Below are positions 18,080 through 27,330 of a DNA stretch of 64,000 nt, in pieces. The translations under genes and the position numbers were made by a program. Numbering within the stretch: position 1 is the stretch's first letter; each line of letters starts with the position of its first letter. Below the pieces are notes generated by a model. That model was not told where the DNA came from and ran no database searches. It was given only the letters and a program-made list of their open reading frames with translations. Source of the stretch: an archaeon. Its GTDB lineage: Archaea > Nanobdellota > Nanobdellia > Pacearchaeales > GW2011-AR1. The stretch is from NCBI GenBank assembly GCA_043810775.1, contig JBDRNU010000003.1, positions 1-64,000 of the forward strand, written 5' to 3'.

Positions 18080-18343
18080 CTAATAAAATCTTCCTTTAGT
18101 TAAGGATTTTGACCTCTTCCAATTAATCCATGAAGCAATTAGAGCCAATATTCCAATTAAAGATAATACTAATGCATTGAAAGAAGAGTATATTATCGCC
18201 AGGATAACTCCAAGAACTATAAGAATTATTCCGATGATTAGAGAGCTAATAGCTCTAAATTTTAATCCTAACCCACCTACTTTATAAGCTGTTGATAAAG
18301 CTTTATCTCCAATGTTTTTTTTATCTTTTTCTTGAATTGACAT
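18080..18343 (-). CDS. Small 2-TM membrane protein
   Basis: 87 aa, two hydrophobic helices, basic C-terminus. Confidence 0.6.
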   Translation of the reverse strand: MSIQEKDKKNIGDKALSTAYKVGGLGLKFRAISSLIIGIILIVLGVILAIIYSSFNALVLSLIGILALIASWINWKRSKSLTKGRFY

Positions 18344-18572
18344 TTTTCAGATCTAAATTTTTTTGATGAATATATTGCCAATAACTTAACAAAATAAGTA
18401 ATAAGGCAACAATAGTTACAATGATTTTTACTGTTAAAGTCATCCCGACATTTTCACCTTGATTATTTGATAGTTGGCCATAACCTAACCACATACTTAT
18501 AAGTACTAAAACAATTAAAATAAATCCAATAATCATCAACCACTTAACAAAAGTTTTTTGATTTTCAGCCAT
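18321..18572 (-). CDS. Small 2-TM membrane protein
   Basis: 83 aa, two hydrophobic helices; TATA-like TTTAAA upstream. Confidence 0.6.
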   Translation of the reverse strand: MAENQKTFVKWLMIIGFILIVLVLISMWLGYGQLSNNQGENVGMTLTVKIIVTIVALLLILLSYWQYIHQKNLDLKNVNSRKR

Positions 18573-18672
18573 CTTTTCTTAATTTATTAATATTCTATGA
18601 TTTAAAAACTTACTTCTTAGCCTTATTTTAAAGAATAAAAAGCTTTTTTAAGTACAGAATAGAGAATTAAGT

Positions 18673-20823
18673 ATGAAGAATAGAGGATTAATATTATTTT
18701 TAGGATTAATATTATTGCTAGTTACGTGCGTAAATTCAGAAACTAGCATTTATATGAATGGAGAATTTATAAGAGACCTTCCTGTAAGTGCCTTTTTGCA
18801 AGATTCAGCAGGAATACTAAATGCTACATCAACCTGGGCTGTACAAATAGGGGGAATAAATATTACAGGAGCTAATGAGACTATCTGTGTTCTAGATTCT
18901 GGAGTTGATTTTACACATCCAGACCTAGTTGGAAAAAACTATACATGCAATATTAATTGTATGACTCAAGGCTGTATAGAAAACTGCTCAATACTAGATG
19001 ATAATGGGCATGGGACTCATGTAGCTGGAATCTTAGCTGGAAATGGCACTATACTTAAGGGAATTGCGCCTGACGCAATGCTAATCAGCCTGAAGGTTTT
19101 AGACAGTGCTGGAAATGGCTATTTATCTAATGTAACTTCAGCTATAAGCTGGTGCATAGAAAATGCCCCTATATATAATATAAGCGCAATAAGCATAAGC
19201 CTGGGAACTGAACCACCTTATCTTTACAGAAGCTACTGCGATAACATTGATACAGAGACAACTGCTGCAATAAATAATGCAACTGCCCATAACATATCTA
19301 TAATAGCAGCTACAGGAAATGACGGCAATACAACAGCTATAGCCCTGCCAGCCTGCATTCAGAACGTAACTGCAGTGGGAAATTCTGATAAATCCGACGG
19401 TGCAGCAAGTGATTCAAATTATAATAATATAACTGACTTATTTGCAACTGGAGTCAGCATTAATTCTACAAAATCAGGAGGAGGATATCAGATAAGAAGC
19501 GGGACTTCAATGGCAGCTCCGCACGTTACTGCTGCATTCATATTAATAAAACAGTTTTATAGGCTGCAGAGAAATGCATTAGCTTCACCACAAGATATTG
19601 AGAGTGCACTGAAAAATAATGGGGTAATAGTTACATACGGAGGATTAAACTTTAGCAGAATAGACATATATACTACAATATTATCTTTAGATTTGCCTTT
19701 AGTAATTCTATCTTCACCAAAAAATAATACTTATTTGAACATTCAGACTAATTTTACCTGCAATGCTACAACTGCCTCAAATAGAACTGAATTTTTGAAT
19801 GTAACTTTTTATTTATGGAATTCTACTTCTGATTTAATAAATGAAGAATCAAATGGAATTAATGGCACAAGCAATTATAGCCAGTTTAATTTTACACTAG
19901 GTGAAGATTCCTATAACTGGAACTGTATATTTTATGACAATGAAACATATTCCAGCATGGCTAGCTCAAATTACAGCATCACTTATGATAATACTGCCCC
20001 GGCAATTAATTTAAGCATTCCACCAAATTCTTCAAGCTACTCGTCGAACAGCGTGCAATTTTACTTTAATTTATCAGAAACTAATCCTGGCAATTGCACT
20101 TTGATAGTTAATAATCAGACTAATGCAACTAACTATATGGTTTCAGGAATTTACAATAATATTAACTCAACTTTGCAAAATGGGATTTATAACTGGAGTG
20201 TAAACTGCACTGATAAAGCTGGAAATTCTAATTTAAGTGATACCTGGCAGTTAACAGTTAACTATCAGGCGCCGAGTAGTGGAGATGATGACTCTAGTGG
20301 CGGAGGAAGTAGTGGTGGAGGTGGGGGCGGAGGAACTGATGTAGTTTATACAGTTACAGAAGAACAGCTAGCTTCAGGAGCTACGAGAAGTCTTTACAAA
20401 AGTAATAAAATTAAATTTGTTGTTTTAAACCAGACACACTATCTAACTTTAGAAAACTTGAATGAGAATACTAGTGAAATCAGGGTTGAGAGCAATATAT
20501 ATAATTTTAATCTTATAACTGGTGAAAGCAAGAAGCTCTCATTTGAAGATAATTACTATAATATAATAGTCAGGCTAAATTCAATTGAAAAAAGCCAGGC
20601 TAGCTTAACTTTAACTAAGATAAGTGAGATTATATTAAAGCCAGAAAAAGTAAGTGCATTTAATAATAGCGAGGAAGAACCAGGGGATATTGGAGATTCT
20701 GGAAAAGATACAATTACTAATAAAATACCTTATATTTTAATTATTTCTGCAGTAATTATTATTGCTGTAATTATAATTATTATCAAGAAAACTAGAAATA
20801 GAAAACCTAAAAAATATTTATGA
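18673..20823 (+). CDS. Membrane-anchored subtilisin (S8) protease with Ig-like stalk
   Basis: Catalytic triad VLDSG, HGTHVAG, GTSMAAPHV; many NxS/T; Gly linker; C-terminal TM plus basic tail. Confidence 0.93.
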   Translation: MKNRGLILFLGLILLLVTCVNSETSIYMNGEFIRDLPVSAFLQDSAGILNATSTWAVQIGGINITGANETICVLDSGVDFTHPDLVGKNYTCNINCMTQGCIENCSILDDNGHGTHVAGILAGNGTILKGIAPDAMLISLKVLDSAGNGYLSNVTSAISWCIENAPIYNISAISISLGTEPPYLYRSYCDNIDTETTAAINNATAHNISIIAATGNDGNTTAIALPACIQNVTAVGNSDKSDGAASDSNYNNITDLFATGVSINSTKSGGGYQIRSGTSMAAPHVTAAFILIKQFYRLQRNALASPQDIESALKNNGVIVTYGGLNFSRIDIYTTILSLDLPLVILSSPKNNTYLNIQTNFTCNATTASNRTEFLNVTFYLWNSTSDLINEESNGINGTSNYSQFNFTLGEDSYNWNCIFYDNETYSSMASSNYSITYDNTAPAINLSIPPNSSSYSSNSVQFYFNLSETNPGNCTLIVNNQTNATNYMVSGIYNNINSTLQNGIYNWSVNCTDKAGNSNLSDTWQLTVNYQAPSSGDDDSSGGGSSGGGGGGGTDVVYTVTEEQLASGATRSLYKSNKIKFVVLNQTHYLTLENLNENTSEIRVESNIYNFNLITGESKKLSFEDNYYNIIVRLNSIEKSQASLTLTKISEIILKPEKVSAFNNSEEEPGDIGDSGKDTITNKIPYILIISAVIIIAVIIIIIKKTRNRKPKKYL

Positions 20824-21384
20824 TATGCATTGACAGGTTCCTTCTGAACATCCTGCTATTTCTCCTTCATCACAATCTAGATAGCTGCATTGAGAGTGAG
20901 AGGTGCATCCTGCTGACCCTCCGCCTGAAGCAATACAAGTGCACTGCCCTTGGTCACAGCCGGGTATTTCACCACTATTACAGTTAAAATCACTGCAGTC
21001 AGCGTGAGTTTGGCAGGCTCCTGAAGATGAACTTGAAGAGCTGATTGAATCGCCAGAAAGTTTTTCATCCCACTGACACTTACTAGCTACACATGAACAG
21101 ACAGCATTATATTTCTCGTCGTCAAAACACTCTTTAGCTTGACATACTGTATTCCTTAACTCTTCAGATGAACTTTGGCATACTTCAGCATTACATCCTC
21201 CGCGAATACAGTCAGAGTCAGAAGTGCAAGAACCTTTAGTTGAAATTCCACAAAAATCTGAAAAATCTGCAGTTCCAAATTCTTTATCTTTGTAAACTAA
21301 GACTATTCCAAGCAGTATAAGAAATATAACTAGTAATATAATAAGGGCATAAATTATTTTCATATTGTCTAGTTTTTTTATCAT
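20818..21384 (-). CDS. N-terminally anchored Cys-rich protein with eight-cysteine-cluster domain
   Basis: FCGISTKGSCTSDSDCIRGGCNAEVCQS...C.C...C.W plus two C....DC...C...GC..G.C.C repeats. Confidence 0.8.
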   Translation of the reverse strand: MIKKLDNMKIIYALIILLVIFLILLGIVLVYKDKEFGTADFSDFCGISTKGSCTSDSDCIRGGCNAEVCQSSSEELRNTVCQAKECFDDEKYNAVCSCVASKCQWDEKLSGDSISSSSSSSGACQTHADCSDFNCNSGEIPGCDQGQCTCIASGGGSAGCTSHSQCSYLDCDEGEIAGCSEGTCQCIS

Positions 21385-21505
21385 TATAATTTATCATCTT
21401 AGTATTTTTAAATTTATCTTTTATGGAAATTCTTAGTGAATTAATTATCTAGTAAATAATAGAAATATTTATAAAGGCTAAAAATATTATTAGTTTAGAA
21501 AAAAG

Positions 21506-23173
21506 ATGGTGAATAAAACGAAGATTGGTTTGATGCTCGTATTAGTTTTTTGCGCATCTTTAACAATTGTTCTAGCTACTCATATTATTACAACTTCAAT
21601 AGGAACTACGCGTTTTAATCCAACTGAAGATGTAAGCAGTTTTTATAATATTACAGTAAATAATACTGATCCTTTAGATGTAGGAAATATTACTAGGGTG
21701 GATATTACTGTTCCTAACTCTTTTACTATTACACCAGCAACAAATGGGACAAATGCTATAGGAAATGTAAGCCTTTCAAGTAATAATTTAACTTTAACAT
21801 TTACCAATGTATCTTCTTTCTTAATTAATGGAAGCAGTGCAGCTGGAACAGGGAATTATAAATACTTCTGGTTTAATGCAACTGCCTCAACTCCAGGAAG
21901 CTTTAATATTAGTGTTATGACTTTTAATATTACTTCAAATCTTACTTCTAATATTACTATAGTTGTAAATGATACTACTGCTCCTGCAACTGTGGGATTT
22001 GTAAATGGAACAACTGAAATTGCTGGAGCTAACTTATCACAGACAACTGTAGGAATTAATGTTAGCGCCACTGATAATGGGGTTTTAGATACTATAACAA
22101 TATGGTTCCATAATGGCACTGATGATGTTATTAATACAAGCTACTCAGCAATAAGTTCTTCTTCGTTTTATGTAAATTACACTGCTTTAGGTGAAGGATA
22201 TTATAAGGTAAATGCAAGTGTAAATGATACTTATAATAATATGGCTTATACTGGATTGAGAACATTCCAGCTAGATACTACTGCTCCAAATGTAACTGTT
22301 AATACACCTTCAAATTATATTAATAGCACTGTTGTATCTTATAACTTTACATTTAATGCAACAGATGGCATTGGAGATATTAAAGGATGTATATTATATT
22401 GGAATAGTGTTAATTATCATAATATGACTCCTGTGCTTAATGCTTCAGGACCTATTGGAATGTATAATACTAGTTTGGCAGTAGGAGCATATCAGAACTG
22501 GACTGTAAACTGTACTGACATGGCTGGAAATCAAGGGGGAAGTGCAGTAAGAGTATTGACTGTTATGCAAGCAGCAGGAGATCAACCAGAAGTTCCTGAT
22601 GCAGGAACTGGCGGAGGAGGAGGCGGAGGAGGAGGAGCTACAACTTATAATCCAAGCTCATCAGAGCTTAGTTCAGGATATACTAAATCTTTAGGAACTG
22701 GAAGTATGGTGAAGTTTAGCTTAAGTGATGGAAATCATACCTTAACTATGAATAGTGTTAGTGCTTCAACTGCAACAATAAAAATAACTTCAGCTACAGT
22801 ACTTTCTACTTTAGGAATAGGGCAGGTGGGAAAATATGAGCTTACAAATGATAAATATTATGATATTTCTGTTAAACTAAATTCAATTACAGGAACTACA
22901 GCAAGTATTACAGTGACAAAGATAAGTGAAAGAATGAAAGGTTCTGATGAACCTGCACAAGTTGAAACACCAAGTGAAACTCCTAGTACACCACCAGGAC
23001 AAGCTAAGAAAGAACCACAGCTTTCACCTGAGCCTAAAGACATTGGAGCAATTGTATGGGGAATAGTATTAGTAGTTATTGCTATTGGAGCAATTATTGG
23101 AATAGGATATGCTGTAAAGATGAACAGAAATAAAAGCAAATCTGCTGCTTATTTTCCTAAGTTTAAAAAATAA
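21506..23173 (+). CDS. Anchored surface glycoprotein with Ig-like domains
   Basis: Signal peptide; very dense NxS/T sequons; DTTAP, VNCTDMAGN; poly-Gly linker; C-terminal TM. Confidence 0.85.
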   Translation: MVNKTKIGLMLVLVFCASLTIVLATHIITTSIGTTRFNPTEDVSSFYNITVNNTDPLDVGNITRVDITVPNSFTITPATNGTNAIGNVSLSSNNLTLTFTNVSSFLINGSSAAGTGNYKYFWFNATASTPGSFNISVMTFNITSNLTSNITIVVNDTTAPATVGFVNGTTEIAGANLSQTTVGINVSATDNGVLDTITIWFHNGTDDVINTSYSAISSSSFYVNYTALGEGYYKVNASVNDTYNNMAYTGLRTFQLDTTAPNVTVNTPSNYINSTVVSYNFTFNATDGIGDIKGCILYWNSVNYHNMTPVLNASGPIGMYNTSLAVGAYQNWTVNCTDMAGNQGGSAVRVLTVMQAAGDQPEVPDAGTGGGGGGGGGATTYNPSSSELSSGYTKSLGTGSMVKFSLSDGNHTLTMNSVSASTATIKITSATVLSTLGIGQVGKYELTNDKYYDISVKLNSITGTTASITVTKISERMKGSDEPAQVETPSETPSTPPGQAKKEPQLSPEPKDIGAIVWGIVLVVIAIGAIIGIGYAVKMNRNKSKSAAYFPKFKK

Positions 23174-23245
23174 ACTTATTCTTAAAAACTATATTATTTT
23201 GAAGTATATAAAAGCTTAAATAACTTATTTTATTATCGATAAAAT

Positions 23246-23884
23246 ATGAGCATAGAAAATATAATTAATTCTGGAAAAAGAATTCTAGAGATATCCTTAT
23301 TGGCAGGAATGTTGGCTATGAATCCGTTGTTAATTGGATGCGGTAGAGATGGGGAAACTCATGCACCAGGAATATCAGAAGAGCTTCAGGACCAATGGCC
23401 AATATGGAAGCCTGCTGATTTAGAGGTGAACAATTACAAAGGTCCTGCCCTTGTTTATGATAATACTCTTAATATTAAACCAGATTTCTACAAAGGCTCA
23501 ATGCCTCTGCAATATAAAAGCTCACAAACACCTGGGATGGGATTTATGACTGGAACATCTAAAATAATAAAACACGAATTTAAGGATTTTAGCAACTATT
23601 TTATTTATGAAGCAGTTTTTCTTGCAGGGGTTGTTGCAGTAGACAATAGCAATACAATGGTCGCAGAGGCAAGACTAAAGGGGTTTGAAAAGAAAGATAT
23701 GGAAAATGGAGGGTATATTCCGATTGCAGAGGTTGAAGAGTTTCATTATAGAGACGGATTTCTTGCATTCCATTGTATAAGTAGGTTTGAAACAAGCACC
23801 GGGATAAAACAGGAAGAAACTAATTGCTCTGGAAAAAAACAAAGAGATTATTTTTTTATTATTCCCCTTGGAATCTCTCCATAA
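23246..23884 (+). CDS. Hypothetical protein, possible lipoprotein
   Basis: Hydrophobic stretch ending LLIGC. Confidence 0.6.
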   Translation: MSIENIINSGKRILEISLLAGMLAMNPLLIGCGRDGETHAPGISEELQDQWPIWKPADLEVNNYKGPALVYDNTLNIKPDFYKGSMPLQYKSSQTPGMGFMTGTSKIIKHEFKDFSNYFIYEAVFLAGVVAVDNSNTMVAEARLKGFEKKDMENGGYIPIAEVEEFHYRDGFLAFHCISRFETSTGIKQEETNCSGKKQRDYFFIIPLGISP

Positions 23885-23894
23885 AGCTTAAATA
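23883..23894 (+). promoter_or_regulatory. BRE/TATA promoter of SRP RNA
   Basis: AAAGCTTAAATA about 25 nt upstream of the RNA 5' end. Confidence 0.65.
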
Positions 23895-23914
23895 TGAAGT
23901 ATTTCTAGTAAAAT

Positions 23915-24175
23915 TGCAGACTAGGCTGGCACGCTAGCCCTGTGCCATTTGCCAGTGGGCTTTAGGCAAGCTGCAAGGAGGGTGTGTGATACAGACTATA
24001 GAAAGTCTTTATTTGGACGTTGAGGTTTTGTCCTGCTCGATCTTGCTCTTGCGAAATGGGTCAGACCTTGATCGGAGCAGCCCTAAACTTGAGTTAAGGT
24101 GCTTGTAGGGTAGCAAAGCTGAGAAAGAATAAAGGTAGCTTTTTACGGTTTGTTGAGCTATCCTCCGAGTCTGCA
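23915..24175 (+). ncRNA. ffs: Signal recognition particle (SRP/7S) RNA
   Basis: Terminal helix TGCAGACT/AGTCTGCA; Alu hairpins GGCTGG-CACG-CTAGCC, UGU, TTGCC...GGCAA with complementary loops CAC/GTG; long helix 5 (GGAGGGTG/TATCCTCC, ACAGACTATAGAAAG/CTTTTTACGGTTTGT); helix 8 GGGTCAGACC-TTGATC-GGAGCAGCCC at 24058-24083; downstream T-tract. Confidence 0.88.
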
Positions 24176-24199
24176 CTTTTTGTGAGGTGATTTCTTTAA

Positions 24200-24592
24200 A
24201 TGAAAAAAAAAGATATAACTATTATGTTAGTTGATGATGATGTTGAATATGGAGAAATAGTTGTGAAGGGGATTCAAATGCATGGATATTCTGTAATTTA
24301 TTTTTCTAAAGGCAAGGAAGCTATAAATGCAATTAAGGATGGTAAAAAATATGATGCTGCTTTAATTGATTTATCCCTTGAAGATATAAGTGGAGCAGAA
24401 GTTATTAGTGCTTCAAAAGATACTAATCCTAGCATAAGAGTTTATACTTTTACAGGTTATTCTATTAGTGAAGATGATGCTAAAAGATTAAGAGCTGATT
24501 GGCATATGAACAAATCTGATTTGTCTACTAAAGAGGGGAGAAAGTCGGTTTTTGAGAATATGGATTGTTATTTTAGAATCAATGAGTCATAA
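24200..24592 (+). CDS. Stand-alone response-regulator receiver (CheY-like)
   Basis: MLVDDD, ALIDLSL (phospho-Asp), SGAEV, FTG, NK; GAGGTGA RBS upstream. Confidence 0.85.
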   Translation: MKKKDITIMLVDDDVEYGEIVVKGIQMHGYSVIYFSKGKEAINAIKDGKKYDAALIDLSLEDISGAEVISASKDTNPSIRVYTFTGYSISEDDAKRLRADWHMNKSDLSTKEGRKSVFENMDCYFRINES

Positions 24593-24627
24593 GGAAGATT
24601 TAATAATTCTATCTCTTTATTTTTATC

Positions 24628-25065
24628 ATGAAAAAAAGAATACTGCATACTTTATTATTAATATTTCTCGCAGCTATATTAGTTAGCTTATTATGGGAGC
24701 TAGGCCACTCTAAATTATATGACTGGAATAAAGAACCATTAAAAAATGATTTTAATTTCTATATTTACAGAATATTAAAATCAACAATCGGCGACGGAAT
24801 ATTTATACTGCTAATATTTTTGCTGAATTCTCTATTTAGACATAATTTTAAATGGATTTCAGAGCCCAGGAAGAGAGATTTTTTTATTTTGGCTGTATTA
24901 GGCATAGCTTTTGCAATTTTAATTGAGATACGGGCAAGAATGATGAATTTATGGAGCTATAATGAGCTAATGCCCACTATATTTGGAATTGGAGTCACTC
25001 CTTTAATTCAGCTAGCAGCTACGAGCATGATTATCTTAATAGTATTAAGAAAAGTTTTAAAATAA
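24628..25065 (+). CDS. 4-TM membrane protein
   Basis: Hydrophobic helices; LWELGH..LY and W.Y...MP.I.GIG.TP.IQ motifs. Confidence 0.7.
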   Translation: MKKRILHTLLLIFLAAILVSLLWELGHSKLYDWNKEPLKNDFNFYIYRILKSTIGDGIFILLIFLLNSLFRHNFKWISEPRKRDFFILAVLGIAFAILIEIRARMMNLWSYNELMPTIFGIGVTPLIQLAATSMIILIVLRKVLK

Positions 25066-25096
25066 ACTTTATATACTTATATCTTCTTAAATTGAC

Positions 25097-25612
25097 ATGA
25101 ATAAAAGAGGGCAATTTTATATTGTAGCTGCTGTAATAATAATTATAGCGCTAATTAGCTTGGTGAGCATTACAAATTATGTAAGAAACCAGAATAAAGA
25201 AACTAAAATTTATGATTTGAGCAAGGAGGTGGGTGATGAAACTGGAGAGGTTTATTCTTATGGAATTTACAATGAAGAGGATACCCAATTATTAATTAGG
25301 AGCTGGCTAAATGAATACGTGAATTATGCTAATAATTACGGGCCTTCTGACTGGCTATTTGTATATGGAAATTCAGATAATATTACTGCTCTAACTTTTA
25401 CTAATTATACTGTAGGAAGCATTATCTTAGATTTTGGAGGGTCTGCACAGATTTACACACTAGATGAGACTCGCAGCCAGGGGCAAAGCTTTATACCTTT
25501 TGGAGATTATGTAAATGTAACATTTTTTAATTATGCTTATGATTTTGAATTAAAGAAAGGTGAAAACTTTTACTTTGTTATAAGAAAAGAGGGAGTAGTT
25601 GAAAGAGGCTGA
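25097..25612 (+). CDS. Minor pilin-like protein (class III signal peptide)
   Basis: MNKRG/QFYIVAAVIII. Confidence 0.8.
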   Translation: MNKRGQFYIVAAVIIIIALISLVSITNYVRNQNKETKIYDLSKEVGDETGEVYSYGIYNEEDTQLLIRSWLNEYVNYANNYGPSDWLFVYGNSDNITALTFTNYTVGSIILDFGGSAQIYTLDETRSQGQSFIPFGDYVNVTFFNYAYDFELKKGENFYFVIRKEGVVERG

Positions 25613-25640
25613 TATGATAAACAAAAGAGGATTGAGTAGA

Positions 25641-25739
25641 TAACCTTTAGGAGGTTACCAACTGTCGAGACTAAATCTTACTTATGTAAGATATTATCTC
25701 AACGAATTAACTTCCTACAAGAGTTAGTTAATGATTAAA
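25641..25739 (+). other. Structured three-hairpin non-coding element, copy 1
   Basis: Homologous to 42487-42566 with compensatory changes; flanked by a 22/24-nt duplication of the pilin start. Confidence 0.8.
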
Positions 25740-26231
25740 ATGATAAATAAAAAAGGATTGAGTGAAGTTATAGCTTATGTATTGCTTATAGTAATAGCAC
25801 TTACTTTGAGTGCTGTAGTTTATACTTGGATGAAAGGATACTTATTCGTACCTAGTGAAGTCTGCCCTGAAGGAGCGTCAATAATTATTCAAGATTATGA
25901 TTGCAGTGAATTTCCTAAAATACAAGTACTACTAAATAATCATGGAAGGTATAACTTAGATGGATTTGTTATAAAAGGAAGCAATAACAGCCAGGGGCTT
26001 GTGATTAATCCTTTAGAGCCTATTCCTAACCCCAATATGTTTGAAGGAGGATTTATATTAGTTCCAGATTTCAGGCCAGGATTATCAATAAAAGAAAATT
26101 TTACATATTTTGAATTAAACAGCTTAAGCAGGATTGAAATTTCACCAATAATGTATGATGAGAAATCAGATAATTATATTATTTGCGAGGAATCAGTAAT
26201 AGTGCAACAGGTTGGAGGGTGCCCTCCATAA
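25740..26231 (+). CDS. Archaeal type IV pilin
   Basis: MINKKG/LSEVIAYVLLIVI. Confidence 0.88.
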   Translation: MINKKGLSEVIAYVLLIVIALTLSAVVYTWMKGYLFVPSEVCPEGASIIIQDYDCSEFPKIQVLLNNHGRYNLDGFVIKGSNNSQGLVINPLEPIPNPNMFEGGFILVPDFRPGLSIKENFTYFELNSLSRIEISPIMYDEKSDNYIICEESVIVQQVGGCPP

Positions 26232-26263
26232 TATTTTTAAATGAGGTATTCTATTAATAAAAG

Positions 26264-26707
26264 ATGGTGAAAAACAAAAAAGGGGTGAGTCCGGTTATTG
26301 CAACTGTTCTGCTTATTGCAATTGTAATAGTGATTGCAACTATAATTTTCTTATGGGCTAGAGGATTTATTAAAGAATCAATTATGAAGCAAGATAAGCC
26401 AGATTATCAAGCATGCAGAGAGATTAATCTAGAAACTGCAATTAATAATGATAAACTAGAAATTGTGAATAGAGGGAATATTCCCGTATATATTATTGAT
26501 ATTAATATGAGGGAAGGTGGAACAGTTTATAGGCAGACTGAAAAAATTGAACTGGGTCAAGGTGAAGCTAAAGTTATTTCTGATAGTGAAGGCCCACATG
26601 GAGACTTTAGTGCTTATTCTGAAGTTGAATTAGTTCCAGCTATACTTGGTTTAAGAGGAAGCACAAAAACAATTAAATACTGTACTGAAGATACTATTCT
26701 AGCATAA
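26264..26707 (+). CDS. Archaeal type IV pilin
   Basis: MVKNKKG/VSPVIATVLLIAIV. Confidence 0.92.
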   Translation: MVKNKKGVSPVIATVLLIAIVIVIATIIFLWARGFIKESIMKQDKPDYQACREINLETAINNDKLEIVNRGNIPVYIIDINMREGGTVYRQTEKIELGQGEAKVISDSEGPHGDFSAYSEVELVPAILGLRGSTKTIKYCTEDTILA

Positions 26708-26708
26708 G

Positions 26709-27230
26709 ATGGTAAACAAAAAAGGGGTGAGTCCGGTTATTGCATCTGTACTTTTAATACTAGTAACGATAGTTGCTGTAGCTCTGATTTCAGCTTTTAT
26801 AATACCAATGATAAAAGAGCAAATGACAGGAGGAGGAAATTGTTTTAAGGTTCTTGGAAAGATGGAAATAGATAGTGATGCAGGATATACTTGTAAAAAT
26901 ATAACTTCTGGAGAAACTATGGTGATGGTTAAGAGACAGTATATAGGTGATGAGGATATTAAAGTTACAAAAATTGTTTTTTCCCTTATTGGACAGGGCA
27001 ATTCACAAGTAATCCAGATTTTTGACAATACAATAAATGAAAATGTGAGAAAATATAGTGGAAGCTATAATCAGTCTTTAACTTTGGTGCCAGAAGGCGG
27101 AGCACTGACTTATGTGTTCAATACAGGTTCAGCTGGCTTAGGCATTAATGTAGAATCAGTTGATGTAGCTCCTGTTCTTGGTGACGGAACAACTTGTAAT
27201 CCAGTTTCTTCTAAAATGCCTGAATGTTAA
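26709..27230 (+). CDS. Archaeal type IV pilin
   Basis: MVNKKG/VSPVIASVLLILVT. Confidence 0.92.
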   Translation: MVNKKGVSPVIASVLLILVTIVAVALISAFIIPMIKEQMTGGGNCFKVLGKMEIDSDAGYTCKNITSGETMVMVKRQYIGDEDIKVTKIVFSLIGQGNSQVIQIFDNTINENVRKYSGSYNQSLTLVPEGGALTYVFNTGSAGLGINVESVDVAPVLGDGTTCNPVSSKMPEC

Positions 27231-27330
27231 CATCAAGAAAACCCTAAGTTTTATATTGGGTTTTTAGGATGCTCCAAAATTGGAAAAAAATTTAAAGAGG
27301 CCACACCTTAAAAGGGAGTGGTTTCAATTT
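27231..27330. repeat. Intergenic multi-hairpin cluster
   Basis: AAAACCC..GGGTTTT, TCCAA-AA-TTGGA, GAGGCCAC..GTGGTTTC. Confidence 0.55.

Noticed and set aside
5335-23173. Diversity-generating retroelement TR/VR pair
   Set aside because: No reverse transcriptase, and the repeat pairs seen do not show adenine-specific mismatches
23915-24175. RNase P RNA or tRNA as identity of the GC-richer island
   Set aside because: No GAGGAAAGUCC or cloverleaf motifs; Alu, helix 5 and helix 8 features fit SRP RNA
25663-25700. Group I intron R/S-like text (GAGACTA...AAGATAT)
   Set aside because: P7 partner TAGTC is absent, the element is too short, and copy 2 lacks these segments
25641-25739. Hammerhead ribozyme (CTGTCGA...CGAA resembles CUGANGA...GAAA)
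   Set aside because: A6 is U, copy 2 also loses A9, and GAAA is GAAU; the catalytic core is not conserved
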